A DNA stretch of 64,000 bases from Eledone cirrhosa (GCA_964016885.1 OZ024741.1:375596001-375660000); one strand, 5' to 3'. Positions 41,483 to 55,549 are shown, counted from the first letter of the stretch. A program made the numbers and translations. The notes: generated by a model not told the origin, from the letters alone.

Positions 41483-41596
41483 TATATATATACATACTTA
41501 CATACCATCACACAAAAAATTTGAACAATTTGTAGATTATCATATGTAAACAGGTATGTATGTATGTATCTATGTATGTTTGTATGTTTGTATGTA

Positions 41597-41633
<37 letters not shown>

Positions 41634-41891
41634 TTTATAAAAAGGAAGAAAATTGGCAAGAATATAAAGAAAATAGTTTTTTTTACTTCCTATGAAATTA
41701 TTTAGTTAAGATTATTTATTATACTTTATTCAGGTACATGTATGTGTGTATGTGAGTGTGTGTGTCTATGTGTGTGTTTGTGTCTATGTGTATCTATGTG
41801 TGTGTTTATGCTCGTGTCTGTGTGTGTGACAGCCCATGGCTTAGTAGTTAGTATGTTCAACTTATGCTCACAAAGGCATGAGTACAATGTT

Positions 41892-44800
41892 ATAATAATA
41901 ATAATGATTTCTTTATTTATTAATAATAATGATTTCATTTATTGGTCACAAGGGCCGACATATAGGGGACAATACAAAAGACTGGGACAGTGGGGTTTTA
42001 CAGAAAAATCGAGTAAACAATATGAATAACAATAACAAAGTAACAATAACAAAGTAACAATAAAGTAACAAGAAAATTACAACAAGAAAAATTCCCCAAT
42101 AGGGGGGATGACCACCTAGGGTTCGCTCAGGTACCCCACCAGTCCTGAACGACCCGACGCTTCGAGACCACCCTGGAAGGGCACCCCTCTCCTCCTCAAA
42201 TTTATCTACCTACAGCCGCATGACCTGAGTAGGCCATCTCACACGGGCCATTCTCGCTACATTCACCCACCTTTCAGCAAATGTACTGGGGAGCAGCACT
42301 TCTATTTCCACCCTCACCTCCCTTTCCAAGTGAAACTTGAAAAAGTTGATGAGGGATTGGCCGAAGAGAAAAGTGTCTGTCTTCAGTCCTTTCAACCTCA
42401 TTCACCATACAACCTCTTTCGCTACTGCCACCAGACAGAGGAAAATTGCCTGCCCTTCCTGGCCAAAAGAAGGCGGCGGGTTGATCTTCACTATGGACTC
42501 GGCCGATAGCCGGATCCGTTCTACACGCGACAACAGCTGTTCAACATAACTCCACAAGTCAGTAATGTACGGACACTGGACGAGTGCGTGCAGAACGGTT
42601 TCGTTGCTCTGCGTGCATCTCGGGCAGGTCCGTCTGACAGCACTTCCGTGCCTGTAGAGTTTATCCCGAACCGGCAGTGCCCCCCGGTAGCACTGCCAAG
42701 CGAGGGATTTTTGGAAATTATCCATCGTCCCCGGCTCAAAAGTCCTCCGGTACAGACTGGTTAGTTTGACTTCGTTGACTCCCAGAGCCTCTCCGAACTC
42801 GAGAGTGGAAGTTCCACTGACCGTATTGCCTGCCTGGTAGAGGGCAGTGAGTGCCTGGCAACATTCCAGATGCCAGTCACCCAGTCTCGGTCTCTTCTTG
42901 ACTCAGGACTGCAGCTCAGTCAAAGAAACGAGCTGCGGAAAGGCCCGTCTGACAAACGGCGACCACACCTGTTCACCGTTTAGGCAGAATATCTGGAGAT
43001 GCCGCAGTCTCAGTGCGTGCCTGCGCATCATTAGCCACGGCATGCCCAGCCCTCCCCGTAGAGGGTGCTGGCAGCAGATGGACCGCATCACCAGTGGAAC
43101 CTGACCCCTCCACAAGAATTTGAAGAGGAGCCGCTCCAAGATGGCGAGGCACGAACAGGGGCAAGGGACGACGGTCAGACGGTAGTAGATGACGGACGCG
43201 ATGTACGCGTTCGCCATCTCCGTGATAGCTTCATCCCAGCCCATTTCTGGGTGAGACTGGCTACCCTGCCCGTCACCTCGTCTCAATTCTTATCCACCTG
43301 GAGGTCTGGCTCGAACCAAACCCTTAGCAACTTTACCGGTCCGTCCGTCCAGCGCCTAACGACGCTGTTGGACGGCATGGACTTGCCTCTCCAGGTGCCG
43401 AGTTGCAAGCCCACTGACTTTTCCGTGTTAAGTTTTGCTCCCGTCAACCTTTCATATTCCTCCAATAAGTTGCCGACCACCTCGATTTCTGAGGTGTCCG
43501 ACACCATCACGGTGATGTCGTCCGCATAAGCCGACACAGCCTTTCCGCGTCCCAGTTTGAGCGGGATGCCTTGCAACAGCTCCAGCTTCTGCAGTAAAGG
43601 CTCGAGAGTCAATACGTACAGAAGGAAGGATAGAGGGCACCCTTGACGGACTGATCGGGAGACCTGAAATGGTTCCGAGAGGTGGCCATTAATTTTGACC
43701 ATCGAGCAGGTGCTGCTGTGCATTGCAGCGATCCAGCTTCTGAAGACGGGGCCGAAGCCAGCCGCCTTGAGGACAGCCTCCAGGTACCGATGGTCGACCC
43801 TATCGAATGCTTTCGATTGATCTAAATTGATCAGAGCCCCATCGCATTAGGTGGAGGTTGTCGTGTATGGACCTGGTTGGGATTGCGCAAGTTTGCACCT
43901 CCCCAACCAAATCCCCGACAACAAACGCCAACCTCTTCGCTAACAACCTGGCCAAAATCTTAAACTCTGTGTTGAGCAGAGTTATGGGCCTGAAATTGTC
44001 TAATGTGTCCCTCTTGTTCTTGTCTTTCCTTATCAGCATCACTACGCCCCGGCTCATAGAACTGGGAATACTCCCGTTTTGCTGCCAGTTGCAGTAGAGG
44101 GCTTCGAGGAGATTGGAGAACAAGTCTGGCATATTTACGTAAAGCTCATAGGGCAGACCATCCAAACCGAGTGACTTGTGCCTCATGCAGCCGACAAGGG
44201 CATCCTGAATCTCGCCTGAAGTAATTGGCCTTTCGCAGCACCCAGCGTCAGCCGCCGAGAGTTGCGGCAAGCCATCGAGGTAGGGACTGAATCCGCCACC
44301 ATCTCTGACCCGCCACTTCCCTCGAACAACCGAGCAAAATGTTGGCGAAAGGCCTCACACATCCTCTTAGAATCGCTCAGCTCGTGCCCGTCTCGGTCCG
44401 TCAAAGACCGAATCGTGGTTTTATTACCACGCTGCGCCTCTGCCACGCGGGCCCATGGAACAGCTTTGGTTCCCTCGTTTCTCAGAGCACGCGCCTTAGC
44501 TCTGACAATGCAACCTTCATGTTTCGCATTGAAGAAATGGTCTAATGCCATTCTCGCCGCTAGCACGTCAGTTGCAATGCCACTACCAATAGCCTCGTCT
44601 AACTTATCTACCAACTCCCCCTCCTTTCTATTTTTCTCTAACGCTACTTCTTTGCTAAACTCTATCGACATTACTCTAATCTCTCTTTTGAGAGCCCCCC
44701 CACCATCTATTATTGACAACTCCCCCTGTCAACTTTTTCTTAACTAAATTGTTCACCTGGTCCCTGTAAGCCTTGCGTGCCAGAAATGACATGTTTAGCT

Positions 44801-47391
44801 TCCAGTAACCAGGTCCTAACCTACGCGTCTTATCTAGGTCGACCATACAGATCACAAACTTGTGATCTGAATAGGCGACCGTTTCAAAACATGGACAGCT
44901 TACACTATTTCTGTCTATTTTTCTAATGAATATCCTGTCTATATACGATCTAGATGACCCTATGCGGTTAGCCCAGATCCACACTGGCGCATTAGGGAAA
45001 TCTAGTCGGTACCTGTCAGACAGTTGGAACTGGCTGATCAGGTTCTTGAGGCTTTTGAACCCCCTGCTCCTATCGGATACTCCCACACAGTCCCAGCGTG
45101 CGTCTAAGATGCCGTTCCAGTCCCCCGCTAACAGTAAAGGGCGAGACGTACCCAGAAAGGCTTCCAGGCGTCTAAAGAAGTCCGACCGTCCTGCCCCAGT
45201 AGGAGCATAGACAGCCACCAGTCTAAAGGTACCACCTTCGTTATTGTTCACGTCCAGGACCACCAACTTCCCATCCGGGTCCCGGAAGATCGACCTTACC
45301 TCGAGATCCAGGCCTTTCCTAAACAGCACTCCCATTCCCGCCTCCCATTCCCGGCCGGCTAACAGATGCAAAGATCTGATAGTCGTCGAAAATGGGGGCT
45401 AGTGCGCGCGTGTCGGAAATCCTGGTCTCGCTGACGGCAATTACATCCATTTCTATAGACCTGAGGTTGTTGAGCAGGTGACCCTGCTTCGAGGACGATC
45501 CCAGGCCTTGAACATTTAAACATCCTACTCTTAATACGGCCAGGTTGGCAGGTTAAAAAGAGAGAGAGGAAGGTTTACTTACCTTCCAGACTCTTGTGAA
45601 GGTTGGGTTGTTCGACCTCCATAGTTGGTGGGGTTTCTTTTGGGAACCCCTTTAAAAGTCTTGAAGTGGGTTTTACGTTCGGGGTTTCCACGTCCCGAGG
45701 AAAGCTGTCTCGTATTTCTTTGAATATATCGAGCGACATTCGCACCAGAACCAAATCTTCCGGCACGCGAAATGTGCTCGATTTAAAAATTTCCCCCTCT
45801 TTTTGTATATTTTCACTTCGTGCTACGAGGGCCATCAGTTCCTTGTTGGCCCTCCTGACGAGCAGCACAAAGTTTTGTATGTTTTGTTGGTGTGATTTTA
45901 TTTGTTTGCGTGGCTGTGGTGGTGATGGTTTTGGTGGTGTTGTTTCGGTTGTATCTGTGTTTGTTGTGAGTGCGGTGTCTGTGGTTTCAGATGTTTGTGT
46001 GTATATTTGTTCTTGCGTCTGTTTAGGTTGTTTGTGTTTAGGGGATTCTGGTGATGGTGATGGTGGTTTTGATGTTGGTGTTATTGGAGAGATGTTTGCG
46101 CAGGTGGTGTCTGCATTTTTTATTGAGGGTGATTTTGTGCTTTGTTGAGTTTTTTTTTTCTTTTTCTTTTTGTGTTTCCTTTGTTGTATTTTGGGGGATT
46201 TTGGTTTTCCCTCATCTTCACTACTGGTAGATGAGGGGTCTGTGTCTGTAAGTGTGTCTGTATGTATGTTTATGGTTCTATTGGTGTGTGTATTTTTGGG
46301 GGGAGGGGGAATTTGACAGCTTTCCTCGTTTCCCCCCTGGGTGGTCAATGTTGGTGGTGGTCTTTCTATTGGTGTTGTTGTTGGTGGTTTTGCCGGTGCT
46401 GGTGTTGGTAGTGGTCCTCGCCCCGGCGTCGGCAGTAGTGGAGCCTTTCGACTCTTTGCCTCTTTCAGCAGTTGAGGGCAGAAGGCTCACAAATGGGTTT
46501 TTTCCCCACAAACAAAACACTGCAGCCTTTTGCCTTCGGTCATAATGTGAATGACAGTCCCACTCTGAAGGCGGATGTGGTCCGGGATTGTCTTCACATT
46601 CTCGGTGCTGAGATGCATCTATAATGCACCGTTCTGCGTTCCACTGCCTCAATAGCTTCTACCGGGACAGTTAAGTTGGCCCAGGTTTGCTCTTGCTTGA
46701 TGAGCTTCTATGCCTGGGCCAACTTTTCATCTTTGTTTGAGAGGTCCATGTTGAAGCATGGCCTCTTTTTTGCTGCTGCTGCAGCGAAAGTGTTCTTCTT
46801 GTTTTCATTGGGGGTGTTGTGGTCGTTGTCGTTGTTCTTGTTGGTGTTGTTGTTAGCACTGTCGCTGTTATCATTGTTGTCTTTTTTGCCACTGTTGTTC
46901 TCAGTGCAGTTGGTATTGTTGCTGTTGGTGTTGTCGCTATTTGTTTTCATGTTAGTGGTGTTGATATTGTTGTTGTATTTGTTATCTTATTTTTGTTACC
47001 TGTATTTTCGTTGTCGCTGTTAGTGTCATTTTTTTCAAAATTAGAGTTCTCATTGGTATCATTGGTGTCTTTGTTTACATTGTTTTTGTTATCAATTTGT
47101 GTTAATTTCGCTGTAGCGCTCCTCTCAACTTCCGTGTTGTTGTCGCACGACAGCAGACATATCGCTGGTGGGCGTGGCTCAGCCATGTTTTCTTTTCTCC
47201 GTAAATGTTTTAACATGTAAAAAAAATTCAAATATTTGGGCCAAAAGGCCCAAATATTATACTTTCCCCTTCATAGAGCAAAGTCTAAGGGCTTATATCC
47301 CTTACACAACAAGAAATATTTAACAACAAATAATTTTAACAGGCAAATAAAGCGACTTACTGGGAGCGAGCAAAATACGTCTGCTTAGACC
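41892..47391 (-). mobile_element. Near full-length decayed Tx1/L1-clade non-LTR retrotransposon (ORF1 with CCHC knuckle; ORF2 APE-RT-zf)
   Basis: ORF1 starts MAEPRPP (~47186) and has CFVCGEKTHL*AFC near 46480-46520. ORF2 has LRVGCLNVQGL, LAGDWN, SYIDRIF, YSDH, GPGYWKLN, NFRPITLLNTEFKILA, VRQGCPLS, YADD and a C-terminal RTCPRC..ETVLHALVQC. AATAAA plus (TTA)n tail near 41900-41945. Several frameshifts and stops. Confidence 0.93.
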
Positions 47392-47619
47392 AATAATAAT
47401 AATATTAAATGAAATTATTGTGTACAGTGCTCAGGTGCACTACAACTCATAAAAGGTGCATGTATAGTACATAGTAAAATGTACAAATGTCAGGAAAGTG
47501 AACAGTGTATGAGTCATGACATACATGTGTGCGTGTGTATGGAGGCGGGATATCAGGTGTAGTGTTGGCGAATTTCAGGAAGCATGGAGGTTTTAAAGGA
47601 TGCAGTGTCTTGGCAGCTA
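47392..47619 (-). mobile_element. 3' fragment of a CR1/L2-like LINE with (TTA)n tail
   Basis: Non-SINE sequence ending on the minus strand in ctgtacacaataatttcatttaatattattattatt. It interrupts a SINE whose head is at 41830-41889 and whose body resumes at ~47620. Clade is inferred. Confidence 0.5.
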
Positions 47620-48392
47620 ATCCTTGAGCAAGACACTTTATTTCACATTGCTCGCAACTACTCAACTGGCAAAAATCTGTTGTACCTGTAGTTCAATTGA
47701 CCAGCTATGTCACACCTTGTGCCTAACTGAAACTAGATGGGGCAGAGAGATCTTGTCTTGCTCAATCATTCCATATTTGTCATAGCTTCTATGGATGGAT
47801 ACCCTTCCTAATGCCATCCACATTACATTGATACAGGACTGAGACCTCTGGCGTTACGCAGTAATTCAGAAGACCCGACTTCCCACGGGTACAAGCCAAA
47901 GCTGAAGCATATAGACAATATGCCCCCACACCTTCGACTGTAAAGTGGTCATGTAGGTGCCATGGTAAAAGTGCACCCAGTACTCACTGTAAATGAGGTT
48001 GGTGTTAGGAAGGGCATCCAGTCAAAATCGTTTCCCGTATGAGCAAGACATGGTCACCTGATCTGGCATTGCCCACAACAGGACAACCTGTCTAACCCAT
48101 GCTAGTTTGGAAGAATGGACGTGAAACGGTGATGATGATGATTACAGAGTGTAGTGGGTATATTGTCATTGCAGCAGCACTACCACTTCACTTTATGAGA
48201 AGGGGATACAGAACGTGTTCCATTGTGATACCATCACTGACTCATTTACTAAAGAATAAAGGGACCTCTACATTCCATTTCTCATCACATGTACTTTTAC
48301 TTTTAACCCTTTACCATACATACACATACACTCCACATACACACACTCATACAATATTTTTGATGTGTGCGTGTGTTGTGATGGTGCGTGGT

Positions 48393-48974
48393 TTAACCCT
48401 TTAGCATTTACATTACTCTATATTTACTTTTGTATTTTCACAGTAAAGGCTTTACCTCACATGATTATCTCACATAATATTGACTCTATGAAGGGCAGTG
48501 GATTGGCAGTATCGGTAGAAGGTCGGATGCCATGCTTTGCAGCATAGAGTTACGGCCCTTTACGATCTGAGTTCAAATCTTTGCTTTTCATCCGTATGGG
48601 GTCGATAAAATAAAGTACCAGTCACACATTGGGGTCGATTTAATCGACTTTCCCCTCCCCCAAAATTGCTGGCCTTGTGCCTTTATAAGAAACCATAATA
48701 TTGAATCTATGAGATTTTGATATTATTTATTTTAAGAACAATACCTTAACCCTTTAGCATTTAAACTGGCCATATCCGGCCAGAATTCTCTCACCTCTTT
48801 CTGTTCAAACTGGCTGTAACCGGCAGCTCATACTGATGTTAAGGTATGGTTCTCATAATAAATAATATCAAAATCTCATATATTCAATATTATGTGAGAT
48901 AATCATGTGAGGTAAAGCCTTTACTGTGAAAATGTAATAGTAAATATAGAGTAAAGTATATGCTAAAAGGTGAA
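48393..48974. mobile_element. Two opposed piggyBac-like MITE copies, the first interrupted by a SINE
   Basis: TTAACCCTTTAGCATT at 48393 and 48746; SINE at ~48492-48694 flanked by TSD ATAATATTGAMTCTATGA. Confidence 0.75.
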
Positions 48975-49281
48975 TGTCATAGTGCTTGTGATAATGATTG
49001 GTTTTTTTTTGTATTATGATGTATATCACCTGTCATCTCAGTCCTGTGTTATCTCCTTTGTAAGTTGCATTTTCTTGAAGTCAATTTTCACAATGTCTCC
49101 TGTCTTCCTTGATCTTTTTCTACCAAAGTTTCCATCCACTTCAAGCACTCACACATCTTTTTTTATATAAAACTTACTCTCCTGATGCAGCACATGACCA
49201 TACTAGTATAATCATCTCTCTTGTATGCTACACACACACACAAACGACTATGTACAATGAAGAAATATATTTGTTTAAGAG

Positions 49282-49317
49282 TCTTAACGTTTCAGGCACA
49301 AGTCTTTCATCAGAAGA
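49282..49317 (-). ncRNA. Hammerhead-like motif in a mini-element with 17-bp inverted flanks (49254-49371)
   Basis: TCTT-CTGATGA-AAGAC-TTGT-GCCT-GAAAC-GTT-AAGA; flanks ACAATGAAGAAATATAT and ATATATTTCTTCATTGT. Confidence 0.65.
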
Positions 49318-49428
49318 TAGAATGAGAAATAAAAGATAAAATAGAAAAATAGAGATATATTTCTTCATTGTTCTGTGTCATTTGTTTTTTATTTCTGTTA
49401 ACTTTTTGCACACACACACACGTGCACG

Positions 49429-49475
<47 letters not shown>

Positions 49476-49518
49476 ATGTATGTATAGATCTATCAACATA
49501 TATTGTCTTCTGTTGTAG

Positions 49519-49689
49519 AGTCAAAACGGAAGTCTTCCAGTTCGAGTACAGTATGTCCTAACTACCAAGAACTCGAAGTAACCCATCGAGGGATGCATCG
49601 ATTCATACCACGCCATGCTGATGAAATTGATATTGAAATTGGTGACCCTATCCATGTGAAAATTGAAGATGATGATCTTTGGTGTCAAG
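49519..49689 (+). CDS. MAPK8IP1: JIP1/Aplip1 ortholog, internal exon D (first part of SH3 domain)
   Basis: GTAG acceptor, phase 1 matching exon C. THRGMHRFIPRHADEIDIEIGDPIHVKIEDDDLWCQG is the JIP1/2-type SH3 signature (human [23 protein letters not shown]). Donor CAAG|GTACT at 49689/49690. Confidence 0.93.
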
Positions 49690-49716
49690 GTACTATTTAT
49701 TGCATTTATTATTCAA

Positions 49717-50595
49717 AGGGCACTGGATTAGCAGAATTGGTAGAGCGTCGGACAACATGCTTTGCAGCATGTAGTTATGTCTCTTTACGTTCTGAGTTCA
49801 AATCCTGCCAAGGTTAATTTGCCTTCCATCATTAAGGATTCGATAATAAGTAAAGTACCAGTAATGTACTAAGATCAGTTAATCGAATTTACCCTTTCCC
49901 ATGAATCAGAAACCATTTATATAAGGGTGGTGTATAAGCAGCATCAGTAGAGCAACTACAACATGTTTTGCAGCATATAGTTATGGCCCTTTACGTTCTG
50001 AGCTCAAATCTTGCCGAGGTTAGCTTTACCTTTCATACTTACAGAGTCAATAAAATAAGGTACCAGTAATGCACTAGGGTTGATTTAATTGACTTTCTTG
50101 TTGGCCTTGTGCTTAAATCAGATACCATTATTCAAAGGAATGTGATGGATCAGTAGAGCAATTGATAAAATGTCTTACAATATTTTGTTATGTCACTTTA
50201 CATTCTGAGTTCAAATATACCTGAGGTTGACTTTACCTTTCATCCTCCTAAGTTTGACAGAGTATACTACCAGGCAAGAATTGGTAGAAGTATTAGAGTA
50301 TTGGCTGAAAAGCTTTATGGTATTTGTCTGAGCTTCTTGATTTTGAGTTCAAATCCTGCTGAGGTCAAGTTTGCATTTCATCCTTCAAGGATTGATATAG
50401 CATCAATCTAGTGGGGTGAATTGGCAAAATCATTAGAGCCTCAGATTGGATGGGATACCTTGCAGTATTTGTTCTGACTCTTTGCATTCTGAATTCAAAT
50501 CCCTCTATGGCCTACTTGGAATGTTGACTAACTGCCAATCCACAATAACAATAATGGTTTGTAGTATTTGTTCTAGCGCTTTATGTTCTGAGTAC
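49717..50595 (+). mobile_element. Head-to-tail cluster of about six family-A SINE copies or fragments
   Basis: Repeated TTCTGAGTTCAAAT-like B-boxes at ~49790, 49997, 50203, 50341, 50487 and 50586, starting ~28 nt after the exon D donor. Confidence 0.8.
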
Positions 50596-51060
50596 CCAGA
50601 CAACTGTGCTGAACATGTCTATATCAAGCCATCAGCATGGTGTCTAGTAAAGAAGGGCAACAAACAACTACCTTTGTATTTTCCCATGAAAATACCCCTA
50701 CAAAACAAGCATTGCTACTCAATGAAGTCACCTGGGGTTGTTCACCCCACTGATAGTGTTGAAAGAAGAAAGGTGTAATTTTAAAGAAATTGGCTAATAT
50801 TTCTAGGAAATTTAGCAATCACTTAGAGGTTCTTTCATGGTGTAATAATGGTAGTACCAACAATAGTGGCAATATGGTATGGGTGAGTTACTCCTGGTTC
50901 TGTACTGTTTCTACTGTGTTTCTTTGCTACAAGTTATCTCTGATCAAGCAGATCTTTTACTGAAGGTTTTCAAGTGATAATTATCTTGTCTTTTCATTTT
51001 TTAAATCAGGAAGTGTATATATATGTGGGACAGCATTATTTAATGTGTGCATTATTTTAT

Positions 51061-51286
51061 TTAACCATTTAGCATTTAAACTGGCCATATCCGACCAGAA
51101 TTCTCTCACCTCTTTCTGTGTAAACCGGTCGTAACTGGCTGCTCATACTGACGTTAAGATATTGTTCTCAAAATAAATATCAAAATCTCATAGATTTGAT
51201 ATTATGTGGGATAATTATATGAGATAAAGCCTTTTCTGTGAAAATACAATAGTAAATATAGAGTAATATAAATGCTAAAGGGTTAA
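51061..51286. mobile_element. piggyBac-like MITE
   Basis: TTAA-CCATTTAGCATTTA ... TAAATGCTAAAGGG-TTAA. Confidence 0.85.
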
Positions 51287-51790
51287 GATTGTAGGGTGTA
51301 GGTTGAAGTTTGACTTGTTGATGCTGTTGTTCTTGATGGTGGTGATCATATTAGTGCTAGTAGACATGGTGAAGATAATAGCGTTGGTAATGTGATGATG
51401 TCGTCGTTTAGCCCCAGATCTGCCCTAATGATGGAGTAGACCAATAATCAAAGTTATTTCAGTTGTGAATATCCTGTCATTTTATATATATTGTTCGTGT
51501 CATTCTGTTCTTAATTGTTTTGGTGCCATATTCATAATGAATACACTATATTACATTTAATTAATGAAGAATTTGAAGGAATTACTAAAATTATTAATTA
51601 TTTCATGGTGGCATTATTGGAGGTGATGTAAATACTGTTCGTAGTAGTAGTAGTATTATGCCCATTTGTACCATCCTGTATTGTCCTGTACTGTCCTTAA
51701 TGTCTTACTTTGTGTAAACCCTTGTGGTTAATAAAGAAAGAATTATTATTATTATTATCATTATTATTATTAGTAGTAGTAGTAGTAGTT

Positions 51791-51831
<41 letters not shown>

Positions 51832-52012
51832 TGTTGTTGTGGTAATGATGATGTTGTTGATAGTGGTGGTGTTGGTAATATGAACAGTGTTGGTATTGGT
51901 GGTAGTGTTGGTATTGGTGGTATTGATGTCACTGGTAGTAGTGTTAGTATTGGTGGGAGTTGTGGCAATGGTGGAGGTGATGTTGATACTGTTAGTAGTG
52001 GTGGTACTGGTG

Positions 52013-52310
52013 GTAGGATATATTTTGAGGAAGATGTGACTGTTATTTCTAGCTAGGGTGTGTCAACACAGATAGGCTTCCTCATATGTAGGGTATATTT
52101 TGAGGAAGATGCGACTGTTATTTCTAGCTAGGGTGTGTCAACACAGATAGGCTTCCTCATATGTAGGGTATATTTTGAGGAAGATGCGACTGTTATTTCT
52201 AGCTAGGGTGTGTCAACACAGATAGGCTTCCTCATATGTAGGGTATATTTTGAGGAAGATGCGACTGTTATTTCTAGCTAGGGTGTGTGACCACATAAAG
52301 GCGTCCTCAT
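52013..52310. repeat. 75-bp tandem repeat, 4 copies
   Basis: TATTTTGAGGAAGATG at 52021, 52096, 52171 and 52246. Confidence 0.95.
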
Positions 52311-52399
52311 TCGTTCAGCAGTTATAGTTAGTATTAGTAGTGATGGCATCTTTGAGGATGGACATGGTGATGTTGGTGATATGGTGTGATGTGTTAGTA

Positions 52400-53500
52400 A
52401 TGGTAGCACTGGTGATGGTAGTGGTGGTGGTGGTGTGGAGTGGTTAATAGGGGTAGCACTGGTGATGGTAGTGGTGGTGGTGGTGTGGAGTGGTTAATAG
52501 GGGTAGCATTACTGATGATGGTAGTGGTGGTGTATTGTAGTTAATAGGGGTAGCATTACTGATGATGGTAGTGGTGGTGGTGGTGTGTTGTAGTTAATAG
52601 GGGTAGCATTACTGATGATGGTAGTGGTGGTGGTGGTGTGTTGTAGTTAATAGGGGTAGCATTACTGATGATGGTAGTGGTGGTGGTGGTGTGTTGTAGT
52701 TAATAGGGGGCAGCATTGATGATGATGGTAGCGGTGGTGGTGGTGTGATGTGGTTAATAGGGGGCAGCATTGATGATGATGGTAGCGGTGGTGGTGGTGT
52801 GATGTGGTTAATAGGGGGCAGCATTGATGATGATGGTAGCGGTGGTGGTGGTGTGATGTGGTTAATAGGGGGCAGCATTACTGATGGTTGTAGTATTGTG
52901 TGATGTAGTTAGAAGGGGTAGAATTGTTAATGGTGGTGGAGTGGTGGTGGTGTCGTTGTTGTTGTTGCTGGTGGTAATGGTGTTAGTAGTTGGAGCAATG
53001 GTGATGATGGTGGTGTTAGTGGTAGTGGCGGTTGTGGTGTGGTGGTGGTGGTTGAGGTGTGGTGGTGGTGGTGGTGGTTGTCGTGGTAGTACTGATGTAA
53101 GTAGTTTGAGCAATGGTGATGATGATGATGGTGGTGGTAGCGGTGGTTGGTGGTGGTGGTGGTGGTGGTTGGTGGTGGTGGTAGTGTTGGTGTTGTTGTT
53201 GGTGATAGTGTTAGTAGTTGAAGCAATGGTGATGATGATGATGGTGGTGGTTTTAGCAGTGGTTGTGATGTGGTGATGGTGGTGGTAGTGGTGGTGGTGG
53301 TAGCAGTGGTGGTGTTGTTGTTGTTGTTGGTGGTGGTAGTGGTGGTGGTTGTGGTAGTTATAGTGGTAGTAGTGTTGGAGGTGGCGAAGGTGTTAGTAGT
53401 TGGAGCAATGGTGATGGGTATGGTGATGATGATGTTGGTGGTGGTGGTGATGGTGATGATGATAGTATCAGTAGTAGCAGTATTGGTGATTATGGAGTAG
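52400..53500. repeat. 53-54 bp minisatellite (52400-52885) followed by a GGT-rich tract
   Basis: GTTAATAGGGG at 52593, 52646, 52699, 52753 and onward. Confidence 0.9.
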
Positions 53501-53907
53501 CATCTGTAATAGAAGTACTAGCCATAGTAGTGTAGTGTAGCTGCAGCCGTGATAATGTTGAAGTGGCGTGACTGAGAAAAATGCTGGTTGTGTATATCTA
53601 GGATAATCAATTGTCTGCTGTGTTGCTCTTCCCTTTTATACTGCAATATTTTTCATTCATTCCTTTTACTGTAGATGTTGTTGTTGTTGTCACTGTTGTC
53701 GTTGTTGGTGTCGTCGTCGTCGTCGTTGTTGTTGTTGTTGTTGTTGTTGTTGTGGGTAAGAGTATATAATAAGGTGTAATTTGTCTGTATGTCTGATTGT
53801 CCATCTGTACTTTTGTTCATAGGTTTGTTCATCTGTCTCTCTTTTCATCTGCCTGTCTGTCTGTCTTTCTTTCTCTCTCACTATCCTTCTCTCTCTCCCT
53901 ACCCCCC

Positions 53908-53942
<35 letters not shown>

Positions 53943-53990
53943 ATGATAATAATAATAATAAACAAAAGATAGTTACTTTAGATCATCTCT

Positions 53991-54065
53991 ATTTTATTAT
54001 ATATGTTTCGAAGATGCAAGGCTTGTGTATAACATAATCCAAAGCATGTTCTCATCAGATAAAAT
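53991..54065 (-). ncRNA. Hammerhead ribozyme motif
   Basis: ATTTTAT-CTGATGA-GAACATGC...GCATCTTC-GAAA-CATATA-TA-ATAAAAT: 7-bp stem I, intact core, long stem II, one mismatch in stem III. Confidence 0.75.
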
Positions 54066-54073
54066 GCATAGAT

Positions 54074-54119
<46 letters not shown>

Positions 54120-54254
54120 CAATCTATCCATCCATTCCATTTATATATGACCAAGACAGGGTCATGTGATCTGACTTGTCTCACAAAGGGGCATCTTGTC
54201 TAACCCATGCTAGCATGGAAGTATGGGTGTTAAATGGTAATGATGATAATACAT

Positions 54255-54295
<41 letters not shown>

Positions 54296-54382
54296 TATAT
54301 CAATATATCTGTCTTTCTAACTATTCAACTATTATCTATCTACCTATCTATCTATTTATCTATCTGTCTGTCTGTCTGCCTG

Positions 54383-54414
<32 letters not shown>

Positions 54415-54552
54415 TCTTTCTCTCTCTTTCTCTCTCCCTCTCTCTCTCTTACTCTCTGTATGTCTGTCTTTGACTCTCTCTCGCTACATAAGAGAACTGC
54501 TGCATCAGTGCATCATAATCAACATATCACAGTCTCCCCCCATCACTCCCAC

Positions 54553-55200
<648 letters not shown>

Positions 55201-55549
55201 ATCATCAGAAGGCAATGGGTGTCCCTTAATTGGATCCACACAACACATGCTAAGACATCCCATCATCTCCATTGATGGAAAATAAAAGATAGCCCAGCAT
55301 GTGACTGTGGGGACCCTGACCAGACAGTACTGCATGTTGTTCAGGATTTCCCCTGCAGATGTTTTCCAGTGGCCTGGAGGCAATCCATAATACCGCAAAT
55401 GACGCCATGGTTTCACTCACTGATCTCAATCAACCTCTCTAATCATTGTGCATATGTCATACGACAAGAAGAAGAAGATCAGGGAAAACGGATGTTAAAT
55501 GATGATTATATATATATATATATATACACATGCAAATATATGTATACAA

